64,000 bases of DNA from assembly GCA_965644265.1 (NCBI GenBank), contig OZ286460.1:111352001-111416000 (forward strand). Direction: 5' to 3'. The position numbers and the translations under genes were made by a program. The notes under the pieces were generated by a model. It worked only from the letters and a program-made list of their open reading frames with translations. It did no database searches and was not told the DNA's origin. Below are positions 49,971-64,000 of the stretch, piece by piece. The stretch comes from Glycera tridactyla. Taxonomy: Eukaryota. Every line of letters starts with the position of its first letter. Within the stretch, counting starts at the first letter, position 1.

Positions 49971-51994
49971 ACAGGCAGATTCCTGTAGTTTCTTCAATGA
50001 CAGGCAGATTCCTGTAGTTTCTTCAATGACAGGCAGACTCTCAAGTTGTCAGCAATGATGCATCAATTTTTCATTCAGGCATGGTCAATCAATTGCTTCT
50101 GTGGGAGTCATCTTTGTAGTCATATGTGAATTGCCTGACTTTTGATAAATGATGATATCTTGAGTGAACTTCACATGACTCCTCTCCCTTCTTAACTGTA
50201 CACAACCCAATTAAATTAAGGGTAATAATGATGATCTTAATGTGTATTGTAATTGTGTTAGTGCTCAAATGTGGAGAAATTACTCACTTAGCAGAGGAGC
50301 TGATGGTGATGATAGGTCTCCCGGGTTGGCGGGTTGGCAATGTGTCAGTGAGAGAGAAGGGTGGGACGCATGCGGTGACAATTCCCGCAAATGTTCTGGA
50401 GTTTGACGTGCTACCCACTTCCGGATTGAATGGAGACGCCAAGTTCTCATGTTGCAGTAGTCAGTAGGGTTTAGTTAGGAATCGAGATCGATTGATTGCA
50501 AAATATTTCAATTGAATATTCATTTATAATGAATGTTTAGCCAACACTTGAGGAGAATCAATTTGTTGACACGGAGGATGGTAACTGACATGGGTTCAGG
50601 AGTAGGAAGGGAATTTCCAATCCTTAAAAAAAGTAGGAGGGGCTGAAAAGTGAAAGATTGACAAATATATTTGACAAAATGAAAAAATCAATCAATTCCA
50701 ATAAGTTTGCATTGATTAGTGGAACTAAGACACAATCTGCTGTTGTGGTTCCAAGGCTCCAAGAAAAAATTATGCAGAACATTTTACTCTTATGTTTTGG
50801 TCATAAAATGGAACATGCAAAATATGGTCCCATAAGCTTTGTTATAGAACAGTTTCTTCACAGAATTACATAATTCATAATCTCCAGTTCTCCCTAAGTT
50901 GAAATGGGGTCTTACCCCCTACTGGAGCTACTATTTTTGACCAAATAAAAGAGATATACCGAGGGATTACTTTCTGACCAACTTCTGAATCAAACAGTCA
51001 GGACCTTGCTTGCCAAATACTACATTATGACACCCCTCCCCCGAATTCTTCGTCCATAATCAACCAAAAACTTGTTTTTTTTTGTTTGATGAGTCCCCCC
51101 CCCCCCCCCCCCCGCCCATGAAGGATGAGGGTATCTTTGAAAATTGATGAGTATGCATGTATCTCTGGATGATACATGAATCAAACATGTAGCGGGCACA
51201 CATGGAGCTGATGAGTTAATTTGGCTCTGTTTTACGAGATGGGGCCATCATGCCTGTCATATGGCGGCCACTAAGTGCCCATCTCACTCGCATAAAGTGC
51301 CTCCCTCTCCTGTGTCTCTTTTACATGCTCCCCATCACAAAGTGACATCTGTTGATGATATTAGTTACTTCCATGCTGGAAGTCACCAATTCCAATATAC
51401 ATTTCACCTGAGAAATAAGATGTAGTATTAAATCGGGTGAGGAAACCTCTGACTTGCCAGTATGTTAGTTAGAGGCTGATCTGATGTTAGAGCTGTTTGA
51501 ATGTGTCATCTACACAGCATGCATGATGGGCTGCGTGAATGGCATCAGAAACACTGAGTATTCCAACCTCCCCGTAAATATCACTTAAGGAGCAATATGA
51601 CATTTTCCCGCTTGGATGTTTGAATTATAAATCTGCACCCTACCTAGTCAAAAGCATCTGAGCAGAGAGAGTCATTTATTTTCCAGGTTGTGACTAATCA
51701 ATTTTACACCTACTTCTTTCCTTCTTTTCTAAATTTATTTCATTCTACTTTTTATTCAGATCAGAACATTCAAGATTCTTATATTCATGATGAATACTGG
51801 TAGATTGTTGTCTAGGACTGTGAGATGCCTATATGCAGGAGGGTGGTTGGTCATTTCTAGAACTATGATAATAATAGTTATAACAATAATGATAATAATC
51901 CAGTTTTCAATCAGTCAAGTGAATTAATGTGAGAAAACATCTTAACATGATAGGGAGTGTGTGGATGTGTGGTGGTCTCTGTGAGTGTGTGTGT

Positions 51995-52110
51995 GAATGA
52001 TAATAATAATAACAATAGTAATAATGATAATGATAATAATAATGGTCATAATAATGATGATGATAATAATGATCATAATAATGATAATAATAATAATAAT
52101 AATAATAATG
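51995..52110. repeat. (AAT/GAT)n microsatellite
   Basis: Direct reading; gives the poly-N and poly-I artefact ORFs. Confidence 0.95.
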
Positions 52111-55100
52111 AGCATATTATCCTCAGTATAAAGACCACCATATATATTTTTCAAATCATTTTCACCGAGACTACCTGTCTGGGAAGAGCACTCTTCCATG
52201 CAATAAAGTGTTGACAGGTTGGACTGCTACTGTTGACGCCGCCACCATAAACCTGTACATGAAAAACTATTGTGGGGCACAATAGTATAGTGCTTGGATT
52301 CCTGTAAAATCAGAAGAAACATTTCTGAAACAATATTTTTGAAAGGATGAAAGTATGTTTCACGATACACCATCAAAATGTGCAAATTACATTTTCAGAA
52401 ATCATCCGATTTCTATTGAATTTGCATGACACCAGTAATCATCTGATTTCTTGTGGATTTGAACCCACTAATTTCATTTCTTATTTCAGGTTCTGTTAAG
52501 ATCAGTATCCCTGTCTGACATATTACTCAGAAGGTTGGATATGTGTTGAGTCTACGCTCGATATGTGTTTGCATGGTGAGCTGGCAAACTAATGGAAGTA
52601 GTTACTGATGCGAGTCGAGTTGCTTGAGTCTGTAGAACTTTTGACCTTTGTTGCTGATTGTTACATGATGACATATCAATAATAGCAGTGTCCATCTCGA
52701 TCATCATTACTGGTTCACTCTCGGCGTCTGATGGTTGCACCAACTTGGCACGCTGTGTTTGCATCCGCTGATGTCATTTCCACTTTCCTCGGCCTCCATT
52801 GAATAACTGCTTGCCATGCGGCTTTGTTGTTTCTGTTTGTGACAAATTGTTCTAAAAGCCATCCATATCGGTGGTTGTGTTCGGCTGGACTTGACTGGAC
52901 TGACGGCCCATTGGTAGATGGATGTACCCAGTATCGCAGGTCACGGCGGCTGCCATCAGGACTCCACTACAGTCATTTTACTCAAGTAGTCATTCGCCAT
53001 GCATTAGTCTATCCACTGATTATTTGTGACAAATTCCCCCATTTATCTTATACAGTAAAACCTGTCTTGGGAGACCGCCCCAAATGCCAACAAAAAGTGG
53101 TCTCTCAAGAGAGGTGGTCTCTCATTGGAGGTATATTAGACTATGTCAAATAAAGAAGAGCCGATGAAGAGCGGTCTCCCATTAGAGGGTGGTCTCCCAA
53201 AAGAGGGGTCTCCCAAGACAGGTTTCACTGTACTGTGATGGAAGTGAAAAAACTTGATGGCAGTCTCCAGTGCTCTTGTCTTAGTCTACTGGTATATGTC
53301 ACTTTATATTGGTAATCAGCTTCTACCAGACCTCTCCCCTGACAGCATCAATGGATTAGCGTTTTAGCAATAGCTAAAATTCTGAATTGCTAAGGAAAGT
53401 TTTCATTTCAGATGGCACAAAAGTGGTGGAGTTGGTTCATTGTGGATGAACAATTTGTGTCTTTCATTTGTTTTTGTGAAGAGATGCATCAGAAATCAAT
53501 TTGGCAGAAGAATGCCATTAATATTTCATTTTGGTGAACTGATCAATGAAATGCTTTTTGATTTCTACTAAGTACTTTCTGAATTGGTAAAATTAATCCA
53601 ATTTTGCTAAAATCATTTGCTAAAAGAGTTCCCAAATAAAGGCAACCAAGCCTGATAAAAAGAATTTAGTTTCAGAAGCTCTCTGGCTTGTGGAAATTCT
53701 GATACTATCCTATTCAGCATCATGGACTGCCCATGTTTCATCTTATGTTAGGAAACCAGAAAGAGCAGCCTTAAATGATCCCACTCATGCCCGTTGCATG
53801 GGCATCATATTAGGGCACTGAAGTCATGTTAAACCATAACCAACATAAATTGAGAAGTCAACCTGGCTCACATAGATATATTGGCTTGAGTGAAGCAGTG
53901 GTTCTGACTGACAGCCTGGGTTTGTGGTGAAAATAAAGGCTGCAAGATGCTGAATCCCTCTGGTAGGTGGCAGGTTGAGACTTGCTTGTCAGACATTATT
54001 GCTAGCAGTACTGAATAATGACCAGTGTGTAACCATGAAGGAAGATAGGACTATCCTCCTTCATGGTGTAACAAATGCTTATACAGAGTGTGGTGGTTCG
54101 ATGATGATGACCTCATGACCCCAGGAAGTGCTGACCTCAGTAGAAGGTCATATTGCATTGTTAGAGGTCATTGTGTAACAGGGTTTTTTTCTCGGGAGGT
54201 CAATAGAATAAATCATGACTGGGCCGGTGTACACCGAAGTATGACATAGCAGACATTGCGGAGATGGAGCAATTAACATATTAAATATATCAATAATTCT
54301 GATGAGTTCCTCGGTCTTCCATGCCCGCTTTTCACGGGAATTCTTTTTGCATACACAGTCAGCCACTTTTCTTCCCTTCAGATAATGTTATTGGACAGTG
54401 TGGAACATGGAACAATGAAGCTGGTTCATGACATGGTTTATGATTGAACTGTGTGACCCAAAGAACAGTATCAGTCTTTCTAATGGCACCATCAATAATG
54501 TATCAGTGGGGACCAGTCCTACTTGAATAATCAATAAACACTTGAAGGAGACAGGTTTTGTCACAGAATGGTGAATGACATGGCTTGAGAAATAAAGTTG
54601 GAAGACATTATTCCACCTTTAAAAAGACATACAAGCTTCCATTACAAACTTTCCAATACACTGTGAGTACTGAGAATTTTCTTCAGGTATTTGCCGTGAA
54701 AAATAACAAAGAAATATTGAGCTCACAGTGAAAACGATTATACAAATGAATTTCACGGTATCAAACCTGTATTAAGCAACCACTGTATTCAGCAAACACC
54801 TGTCCTAAGCAGCCGCTTTCCGATATCCCGCTTGAGTATTTTTCACTATATTTCCCCTGTATTAAGCAAACACTTGTCTTAGGCAACCACTGTTTCATTT
54901 CCCGAGAGTGGTTGTTTATACAGGTTCTACTGTCATGTGGAATCCATGCATAAATCTCGAAAATCCATCAAATAACAGCGGAAACATTGAGCGGAATCTT
55001 CATCAATGTGCGCCGACATGTATGATCGGGTCTCCTTGCTGGCTCAGAAAGAGCGGGAAATTCAAACATCAGCGACTGTCAAGGCCAGTCGGCAATCTCT

Positions 55101-56426
55101 CTCTTCCTTCGGGAGGGGGGCGCTAATGAGGGTCGGGGTGCTAATTAGGGAGAATACGGTATCCCAAAGGTGATTCTTATGTACAGTGAAACCAGCAACA
55201 AGAAACCATTCTAAATGGAGCAAGGCTCAGTCGGAACCCCCATCTGAAATTAAACATAAGAAGGAATGGGAAAGGACCTGAATATTGAGCAACTTCTTTG
55301 TCTTGAATTTCAAAAAAAATATTGGTCTGTTCCCGGATAAGATTATGATCATAACATTGTATGAGGATGGGAAGTTGCGGCTGGTGGAGCAGGTGATTCA
55401 GCCCATCATCACCACCTGCAGCCCATCACATTCACATCCAATCTCACCTACAGATAGAACCTGGTATCAGGAGTGTGTTCCGGTATCTTGAGTTGTTCCG
55501 GTTGACCGTGGAAAATGCAGGAACTTGCAGCACCCACGCCAACATTGTGTACACCTGGACAACAATAACTACCCCCCCCCCCCCCCCACACACACACACC
55601 TACATACAGTAGGAACTGCCCTGACAGCGGGGCCATTTTTCACACATAGACACACTGCTGAGTTCCCTCTAGGACGGAAATAACTTTTTCCATCCAGAAA
55701 TCACTTTGTAGAATCAGTTCACCAAAATGAAAAGTGCTGAATCAATTCCTATTGCATTTTTCACCAGAATATATAGAAGTAAGCAAATGTTGATCTACGA
55801 TGATTGACAACTACCACCACTTTGTGTGCCATCATAAATAAAAATTACTTTGCCAAATCATTTTAGCAAATTGAGAGCTTCTTTAGCATTTGACTTCACT
55901 GATTAGCTATAATGCNNNNNNNNNNNNNNNNNNNNNNNNNNNNNNNNNNNNNNNNNNNNNNNNNNNNNNNNNNNNNNNNNNNNNNNNNNNNNNNNNNNNN
56001 NNNNNNNNNNNNNNNNNNNNNNNNNNNNNNNNNNNNNNNNNNNNNNNNNNNNNNNNNNNNNNNNNNCAGAGACATATTTCCAGATTGTTCTGGCAACAGG
56101 TCCATGAAATGTGTTCCAAACACCCAAATTATTTTTTGGCTTGTATGGGATTTGAACCATCAACCTTCCAGTTTGGCACCCTCGCCAGCAACAAACTGCC
56201 AGCGCTCTTGTCCTCTACACCATGGCGGATCCACTAAAATGGATTCACTATGGATGCAGTTAAGCCAGAGCACTGACAGTGTGTTACCCCCGAAGTCAAT
56301 GTATCACGAAACCTGGCACTCACATTCACGCACATTTTTTTAGTGATAGAAATCATGTCAGAGACATATTTCCAGATTGTACTGCAACAGGCCCATGAAA
56401 TGCACACACACACACACACACCCACA

Positions 56427-56457
<31 letters not shown>

Positions 56458-59400
56458 AGAGTAATCATAAACTTATGCTGCATGGAATTTCCGCTGGATG
56501 AGAAAGAAATGAACAAGAAAAAAAACGCTGATGTTGAGAGACAGTGAGCACGTGTGGGGAGGAGTGAAGACAATGTGATATAGAAGTGTGAAGATCTGAC
56601 ATGTGTCAGTGAGTCAGTCACGTCTGACTCAACTCCAACCACAAACCACTCAGCTTCTCCACGCTTTTTTTTTTTTTTTTTTTTTGAGAACATGGGAGTA
56701 GTCAGGATTCATGCATAGCAATGATGATACAGATTGCATGGTCTCCTCTTTAGGACTGTTGAACAAAAAGAAATCTTGTTTGGCATGGCTGATCAGCCTC
56801 CAGTAAAAGCTGTGACAAGATACCATTCTACACAATTGAAAACATTCAAAACGTGGGGTCCTTGTTTGCAGAATATGATCTCTTCATCAGTTTGGCAACT
56901 TTCAAAATGTGGCCTTTCTGTTGGTACAGGACAGGACAGGTAGCATTTGTCTGACAAATTTTCCAGGCAAGTTCATGTTTTTGTGCAAACCCCAGGGATT
57001 TTCTTGCTCGGGATATGTATGGTTCTTTCGGGCACGTTGATGCAGATTTCATGTGCCATTTCAAATCTGTGTGTGCCTCAAACCATGTAATCATATCAAA
57101 GTATGGAAAATTCCATGTGCCTTCTGGGCACAAGATATATGGTTTAATGTGCCTGTGTATAGTGGCCGACCCTCGACAACGGCCACTTTCAGCTGCAACC
57201 GTCAATGGCCGTCATGAGCAGGCATGACTGTACAGTCAAACCTGTATTCAGCAACGACCCTTGGGACAGTAAAGTGGTTGCTTAAGACAGGTGGTTGTCT
57301 GATACAGGTCAATTATAGTGAGAACTACTCTTGAGGGATTTTCAAAAGTGATTGCTTATGGCAGGTGGTTGCTTAATACAGGTGCCCTTTATAGCAGGTT
57401 CAACTGTAATGGTAAATTTCTGAATCACTGAGAGAACTGATTGTAAAAATGATGCTTGTATTTTATTAAAATCTGACTGAGGCGGAGGCGTGACAGGTGG
57501 AGTAAATCAGTGTTAGTGTGGCTGGTGTTGTTGATATGAGTCAGCCCATCTGATTGATGGCAAATTAAATCATACATGCCCCAGTATTGTTACATGCCCT
57601 GACACAACAATGTTACTCATTTATTGTGATGAATTATTTCAGTCAGAAATTGATTTGCCCGTCTCAGACTTTATTCTCTGATACCTGATGTTTGGGTGTG
57701 TTGGATTCTGTCATCCTGAACTAGCTCACTCTGATATGAGAGCAGAAAAATACAACCTCTGCTGTCATCATTTTCTCTACTTGCTTTGTCTTGTGGCCGC
57801 ATGAATGAATAGTAAGGAGATGGCTGGCTGTATGATTCTGCATATCCCCCATTCTCAAGGGAATTACATAGTTTTGATTTTGATGAATGGAATCTCTCAT
57901 CACAGTATAAAGTGTGACAAGATATCTTTGACTGCTGTGAGTGGACCCAATAGGGCTGTCAATGAATCTGCTTGAAAGACCACCTCTCTATGAAGGCCAC
58001 CTGCCTATAAAGGCCACGCTGACCTAGACTGATCATATTCTCAATAGTGAATGATCTTTATTAAGGCTACCTGCCAACAAAGTCCAGTTTTTGTGTGACT
58101 GAAGGTGGCCTTTATTGACAGGTTTGACTGTACTATTTTTTAAATGGAGATGGTATTTTGCTATAAAGCACTCAATTTCAGCTTGCCAATGGCCAGATCT
58201 ATATTTGGCGATGACCCTGAGCCTCCTACATTTCCTGATCACCAGCCATGTGGAGAGTATGTACAGTCACACCTGTCTACAATAGCCAACCTGGCTTGTA
58301 TGAAAGCGTAGTCTTAGTAGACAGATGAATTTTGTAGAGAGGGTGTTTACTGTGTATAGTAGGCCCACACCTGTAATGTCATAGTCTAGGGTTGTCTTCA
58401 GAGAATGGTGGTCTTAGTATATAGATGGTATCTTGAGTAGGTTTGATTGTGTGTTGGTCATTATATAGTGTACAGATTTGATTTTTCTTGGAGAGATGGT
58501 TCATTTTGATGGGGACAGATGGCAGTGAGGAGTGGCCTTCAAACTGCAGTTGCCGGCGAATAAGATGGCAAGAGCAGCGCCACCAGAGTAAGCTGCTACA
58601 TGCTTCTATAGGCTGAACTTAGCAGTCAACTTGATGACAAAGTCAACCCCCAGATTTTCAAAGTTTCAAAAGAAGTTTTTCCCAATTTTCAGCCTAACTT
58701 TGATGGTGGACCTCCAAAAGGCCCTTTCCATGGGGGTTGGACACAGTGTAGGTATTGATTTGCTCACTGGATGACAAGAAGACATGCCTCCTTAATTGAG
58801 CCATTATTATGGAATACATGTACCTGAGTTGGATCCAGATACATGGGACATTACAGTGAAATGGGGAATCATCTCACTCAGTGCTAGCCATGTCTGTGTC
58901 TGTGCTTTGTCACTCCATCCATGTACACATGTACAAATACCCACACCTCTAGCTCCACCAACCTCTTGCTTTCACAACTACCAAATCATTCATAATTTCA
59001 ATTTTCATCAAACATCAATAATTAACAACCCTTGTACAAACAAATTTGCAGCAATAAACCCATTCTACCTCTCAATAGGGGTTTACAGAGGAGTACATTA
59101 ACCTGAGTTAAAAGTGAAGGATAGTGAAGTTTTGTTGATTTGGTTGTACAATATGAGAGAGTGTAATATTGAACAATGGTTTTTGTAATTGAGCTGTCAT
59201 TGAAGTTACTTTATAGATGATAAATGAAACATATTTATAGCCTGCTGGGATTAAACTTGTGAGATCTACACACAAGTGAAAGTGAAGTTGTCAGGGCCAT
59301 GTATTACAACTCTAGGGCAAGGCCCCATAGTGTAATGTGTAAGGTTGGCTAGGGGTTGATCAGCCTCTCAGAGGACATTTCTCATATGCTTGCCTTCAGA

Positions 59401-62400
59401 CTGACTTACTTTGAGTTATATCCCCTGTTCCCAATCGTCCATTTGATGGATGAGATAAGAGGGAGAAATACACAGAGGTAATGTTACCCGTGATAGTAAG
59501 ACTGTCATCAGTGTAGTCATCGCAGGAGCAGCAGAGGGGGTTCCACTTGTCTACTCTCCGCATGGAATCACAATTTTAGATGCTGGTGGAATGTATACTG
59601 ATTGTGATGAAAGTCATGAATCCTTGCCATATTCTCCTGGTGTTGGACATTTGCCAACTAGGGAATATGTACGGGCATATTGAGCAGATCAATGCAGTTT
59701 CCATGTGCCATTTCACATTTACTTTGTTTGCGCCCTAAACCATGGATGCTGAAGTTCATGTGCTTTCGGGCACACTATATATGGCTGTATGCGCCCTTCT
59801 TCAACATGTGTCTTTTAGCCATTGGCAGGGAGTCTGGATATAGCTATGGTGTCCTGTAATGTTTGTATCATCTGTGCCAAGGATCTTACTAACTTCAGAG
59901 ATGTTGCAAATATTGAAAGAAATTTAGTTCTTTGGCCATCATCAGTGAAGGAGCTGTCTTACCCAGGAGTAGTTCTGTTGTGGGGATGAGTTAGAAAGTA
60001 TTATTTAGGAGGTATCCTAGAATTGATTTGGTTGATAAGCATGGCGTCTGCACGATGTCATGCACTAGATCATATTCTGGATCGTGTGAACTCATTAATA
60101 TCTGTAATTTGGCGATACATACCTGTCGGCCAAGTAACGACGAACACTTGGATCTATAATTGACGTTATTAATGGAAATTCCATCCAATGAACGCATAGT
60201 CATACTTGTGTATTGGTTTCTCATGATTTTCAAGTCATAGATGTGAGTTTGTCTTCTGTAGAACTTACCATATTCAAGTATGACAGAATCACTCATGGAT
60301 ATTGTGCTAAACTCTGTCAAATCCAAATGCGGCAGGTATGTTTCACATGCTAAATTCATCAATTTTGGTCTGATTTGATTTTAATGGCAGGAATGCACTG
60401 CAGAGGTCTCCCAGCGATTATCAAACCTGGTCTTGGGTATTTTGTATGCTTTAAGATAGGACATGCCATCATTTTATTGCACTGATATGGCAAATCCGCT
60501 GGCATTATCATCTGATATTCACTATGTGTAACAGTGTAGATATGGCCGCCATGTGGGAAGTGAAATCAGTGCAAAATCGACATGTTTGGCGTTCTAGAGC
60601 GAAATATACAAGGGAAGTTTGCCGAGATTACATTTCTAGTTGACGGAAATGTCAACAATGTCTGTCAGAGTGATTCGTTTCAATCTGATGCAAATTTGCG
60701 ATGCTAGGTAAAAACCGTAACCGCCATGATTGCACTTTACAGACTTGAGCAGCTCAGCTCAAGCTGGGAGTTCCGTATTGCCACAATCTCACAGCTAGCT
60801 GATGGAAGGAAATGTAGATGGGGTGAACACATGGTTGAACACAAGGTTGCCAGAATCCCAAATATATTGGAACAGCAGGTGAGATACTGAGATCACTGGG
60901 GCCTAAAGAAGGGGAAATTGGACTGAATTGATTGATTAAAGGAACGATTCTCGGAATTTAAATGGACACATAGTGTAAGTTTCTGAATATCAGTTCAGGT
61001 ACAAGCGTTTGCTTCAATTTACTTTCACAGGATACATTCGTGCATCAATGATACAAGATATCCAATATATTGATGGCAAAGATATAGAATAGACACATCT
61101 ACCTAATGAAAACCTTATCGAGGGAAGAAGTTTGTTGAAACGAGAGATGCCCCTTACAGTTGGCTTAATGTGCTTTACCTGAACTTTGCCAAACTAGTTC
61201 TTGGAGCAATAATGCTGTTGATTTTTCTGCTATTGGAACAAGGGATGGAACATGAATACAAAATATGAAATGATGGATTTGGATGTTGTGTAGGACTAGT
61301 GTCAGGACTAAGAGAGATGACCACTGGACAGTCCAAGGAGCGACGAGGAGGAAAGCATTTTCAAAAACCGTCTTTAGTTTCTGTCTTTCACTATCTTTTC
61401 AGCATCTTTTGATAGTGACTGAGTTATTGACCTACATTATGGGAGTCTTTGTGATTCACTTGACCTACATTTGAGGATGTGTTAGTCAGAACTGCAGTGG
61501 TTTGACCTATATCCAATATATAGTGGCTGATTTGACTGGTGTGGCCCATATTTTTGGCAGACATTGTGTGGCCTTGTTTGATGTGGGGCATGTAGTTGAT
61601 GTGGAGGGGTAGCTGGTGTCGCCCCTGGGCCCGGTCCACCATTGATCATGGGGTGAAGATGAATTGTTTAAATTAGGCGCATGGTCAGGTTGGGCTAGCC
61701 AAGCATGTATGTAGCCACTCCCACTAATACATGGTGGGCTCCCTCACTTGCCCCGAAACTGTCCTCACACCCTCTTAAACCCAACATGACCTCACGTTGC
61801 CCATAGATAACCTTGCTTTCATTGACAAGACTCAGCATCAACAAGAGAAGCAAATAAAAATGAAATCCGGATTAGTTATCCATGAGACCGAAATCCCAAT
61901 ATGGAGAGTCATTGAGCTCAGATTAGAATTTGAGTTGATCAGTTTAGGAGATATTGACTTTCATATCTGGGGCAAAATATATCAATAGAAAATTGGGATT
62001 TTATCCTATCAATATGTCTGACTTTTGAATGAAAGTCAGTGTTTTATGAACAAATCTTCAATATCCATTCCAAACTTTCTTCAGTTTCAGAAGCGAAGAG
62101 GACAAAACAAAAACTGTATTCACTGGGTAATTTGTCCAGAGAGGGGGTTAAGTACACACAGATGTGGCCCTGTCAGGGTTGAGAAAACACTCAATTATTT
62201 CACCCACTTCTTCACTTTGTTCTCCTGCTGGCTGTGTAATTGTTTGCTGTGTTTCCACACCTCTACCTCATAATTAGTTCCTTCAGGTATTCTGCCACCT
62301 CAGATGAAATTTTTCATGTTCTTACCTCGCCCTCTCCCACACACTTAGGTTAGGTTGATCTTCTCAGAAGTTTCAAATTTTTGCTTGGTTTTGCCTTTTT

Positions 62401-64000
62401 TTGCTGTTATCGCCATGATTATTGGGAGTGCTGCTTTTTGGCCTGAGCATCTTAGAAATGATTCTATTTTCAGAAACTTTCATCTGGTAGAATCCAGATG
62501 ATCATAGAAATCTTGTATGGAGACGTGTTCACTGGTGGCCAGCCCACCCACCAAGATTATATTTCTTACTTCTCCTCTCGTTCAAATCAATCTGGAATCA
62601 TGAAAACCAATGAAAATGATCATTCAGCGAGTATCTACCAATACCAGAGTTGGGGTTTTTATGTTTGCCCAAATCATGAACGATTCCATGAGGTTGTGAT
62701 TCTGACTGTAACACTGAGAACTTCAGTCTTGCCGGACATCCACTCTGGGACACCTGTCTCAGATTCACATGAATGATGGACAACATTATCCCAGCCGATC
62801 CAGATGACCTTGAAAAGTTCAGTATCAATCAGTGAAGGTCGAGATAGCTGCAGCATGTGTTGTGACAGCGAGTAATGTAACCTCATTCTTGATGCCATTC
62901 AATTCCATCCTGCAATCTCCATCACCCCCCTCCTCCTCCTCCCCCTCCTCCTTGTAACATTCACCACTGGGTGAGCCGAGGACAGAACCTTCACTTTCAT
63001 AGCTGCCCATGCTCATAGGTTAATTACCTCATTTGTTTTGTCCAAAATGGCACCCTTGCTTATTGAGGCTCATGATTCATTTTCTTATCAGATATAACTT
63101 TCACTTGGCTAATTACTTGTCATATGATCGTTGTGACTCCATTATTACTTGCAATTCTTTACCTCGGTGAACTTTTAAAAAGCATCATTTAATAAGAAGA
63201 ATATGGCTGGAAGATTTCAGCAACATAAAGCAACATTTTGTGGATTTTTTTTATGGAGTTTATTGTATCGAAATATATCTGCTGTGAAATGAGTTAATGC
63301 TGGATCTTGGATTTCAACCTTTTGAGTGTCATCTGTTGATCTTTTACAGGATTAATGTTTATGGGGTGGCAGTCCACTTGTAGGATTGATGTTTATGGGG
63401 TGGCGGCCTAATGCTGGGGTTAGATGATCAGTAAATGGTTGTGATCTATCTGTGTTAGCGGCGATGTCAAGCAGATAGGCCTGTAGGCCCGCTGCCATGC
63501 ACAGCGCCCCCTGTCATAGCTCATCTGTCATGCCACGAGTCTGTCACTCGCCAACTGATACATGTTTTCATACCACCAGATATTTCTGGTTTTTATGGTG
63601 TTATCACCGACTTGATCTCACACATCTAGTGATTTAACATATAGTTTGTCTGGATGGGGTTGAATAGAATTGACTTCAGTGGGTTGGGATATCGAATGAA
63701 AGAAGAAAGGTTAGAAGCATTTAACGGAAGTGGTGAGAAGATTCGATAAGAGATCAATCTAATCAGTCAATATGGCTTTCAGTTCTATTATAACTTATTA
63801 CTCAATAAATATGCGACCGTGATAGTATTTTCAACAGTAAATGACCTCTATATAAAGACCGCCTTTGGTCGCATCAAAAAGTGGTATTTATAGGCAGGTG
63901 GTCTTTATAGAGAGGTCATTTACTGTTGAAAATACTATCACGGTTGCAGCTAAGGGCGGTCTTTATAGGCAGGTGGTCTTTATAGAGAGGTGGTCTTTAC

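Noticed and set aside
59991-60362. 123-aa minus ORF with two internal donor-like sites (G|GTAAGT, AG|GTATGT)
   Set aside because: Acceptors are weak, the peptides have no recognisable homology, and there are no supporting neighbouring exons.

Overview
AT-rich, repeat-dense eukaryotic DNA, probably from an invertebrate animal (inference from GT-AG splice-like signals, SINE/MITE/HINE-type repeats and an apparently CpG-poor background). No host protein-coding gene can be supported. Most ORFs in the track are translations of micro- or minisatellites, N-runs or non-coding repeats. The only recognisable protein is a Merlin (IS1595/IS1016-like) DDE transposase, split by one frameshift. It lies in a complete 2168-bp element (12574-14741) that I delimited by 27-bp TIRs and an exact 8-bp TSD (AATCATTC). 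The rest is a layered mobile-element landscape: more than 15 TA-flanked Tc1/mariner-type MITEs, CAG...CTG hAT-like MITEs with short 5-6 bp TSDs (two inserted into minisatellite arrays), a Harbinger-like MITE nested in a dispersed repeat, Helentron/HINE-like elements (one with a ~147-bp tandem array), SINE-like repeats, minisatellites and two long hairpins. I found no convincing new multi-gene system. The best leads are the Merlin element with promoter-like and splice-like cargo, and the short-TSD hAT-like family.
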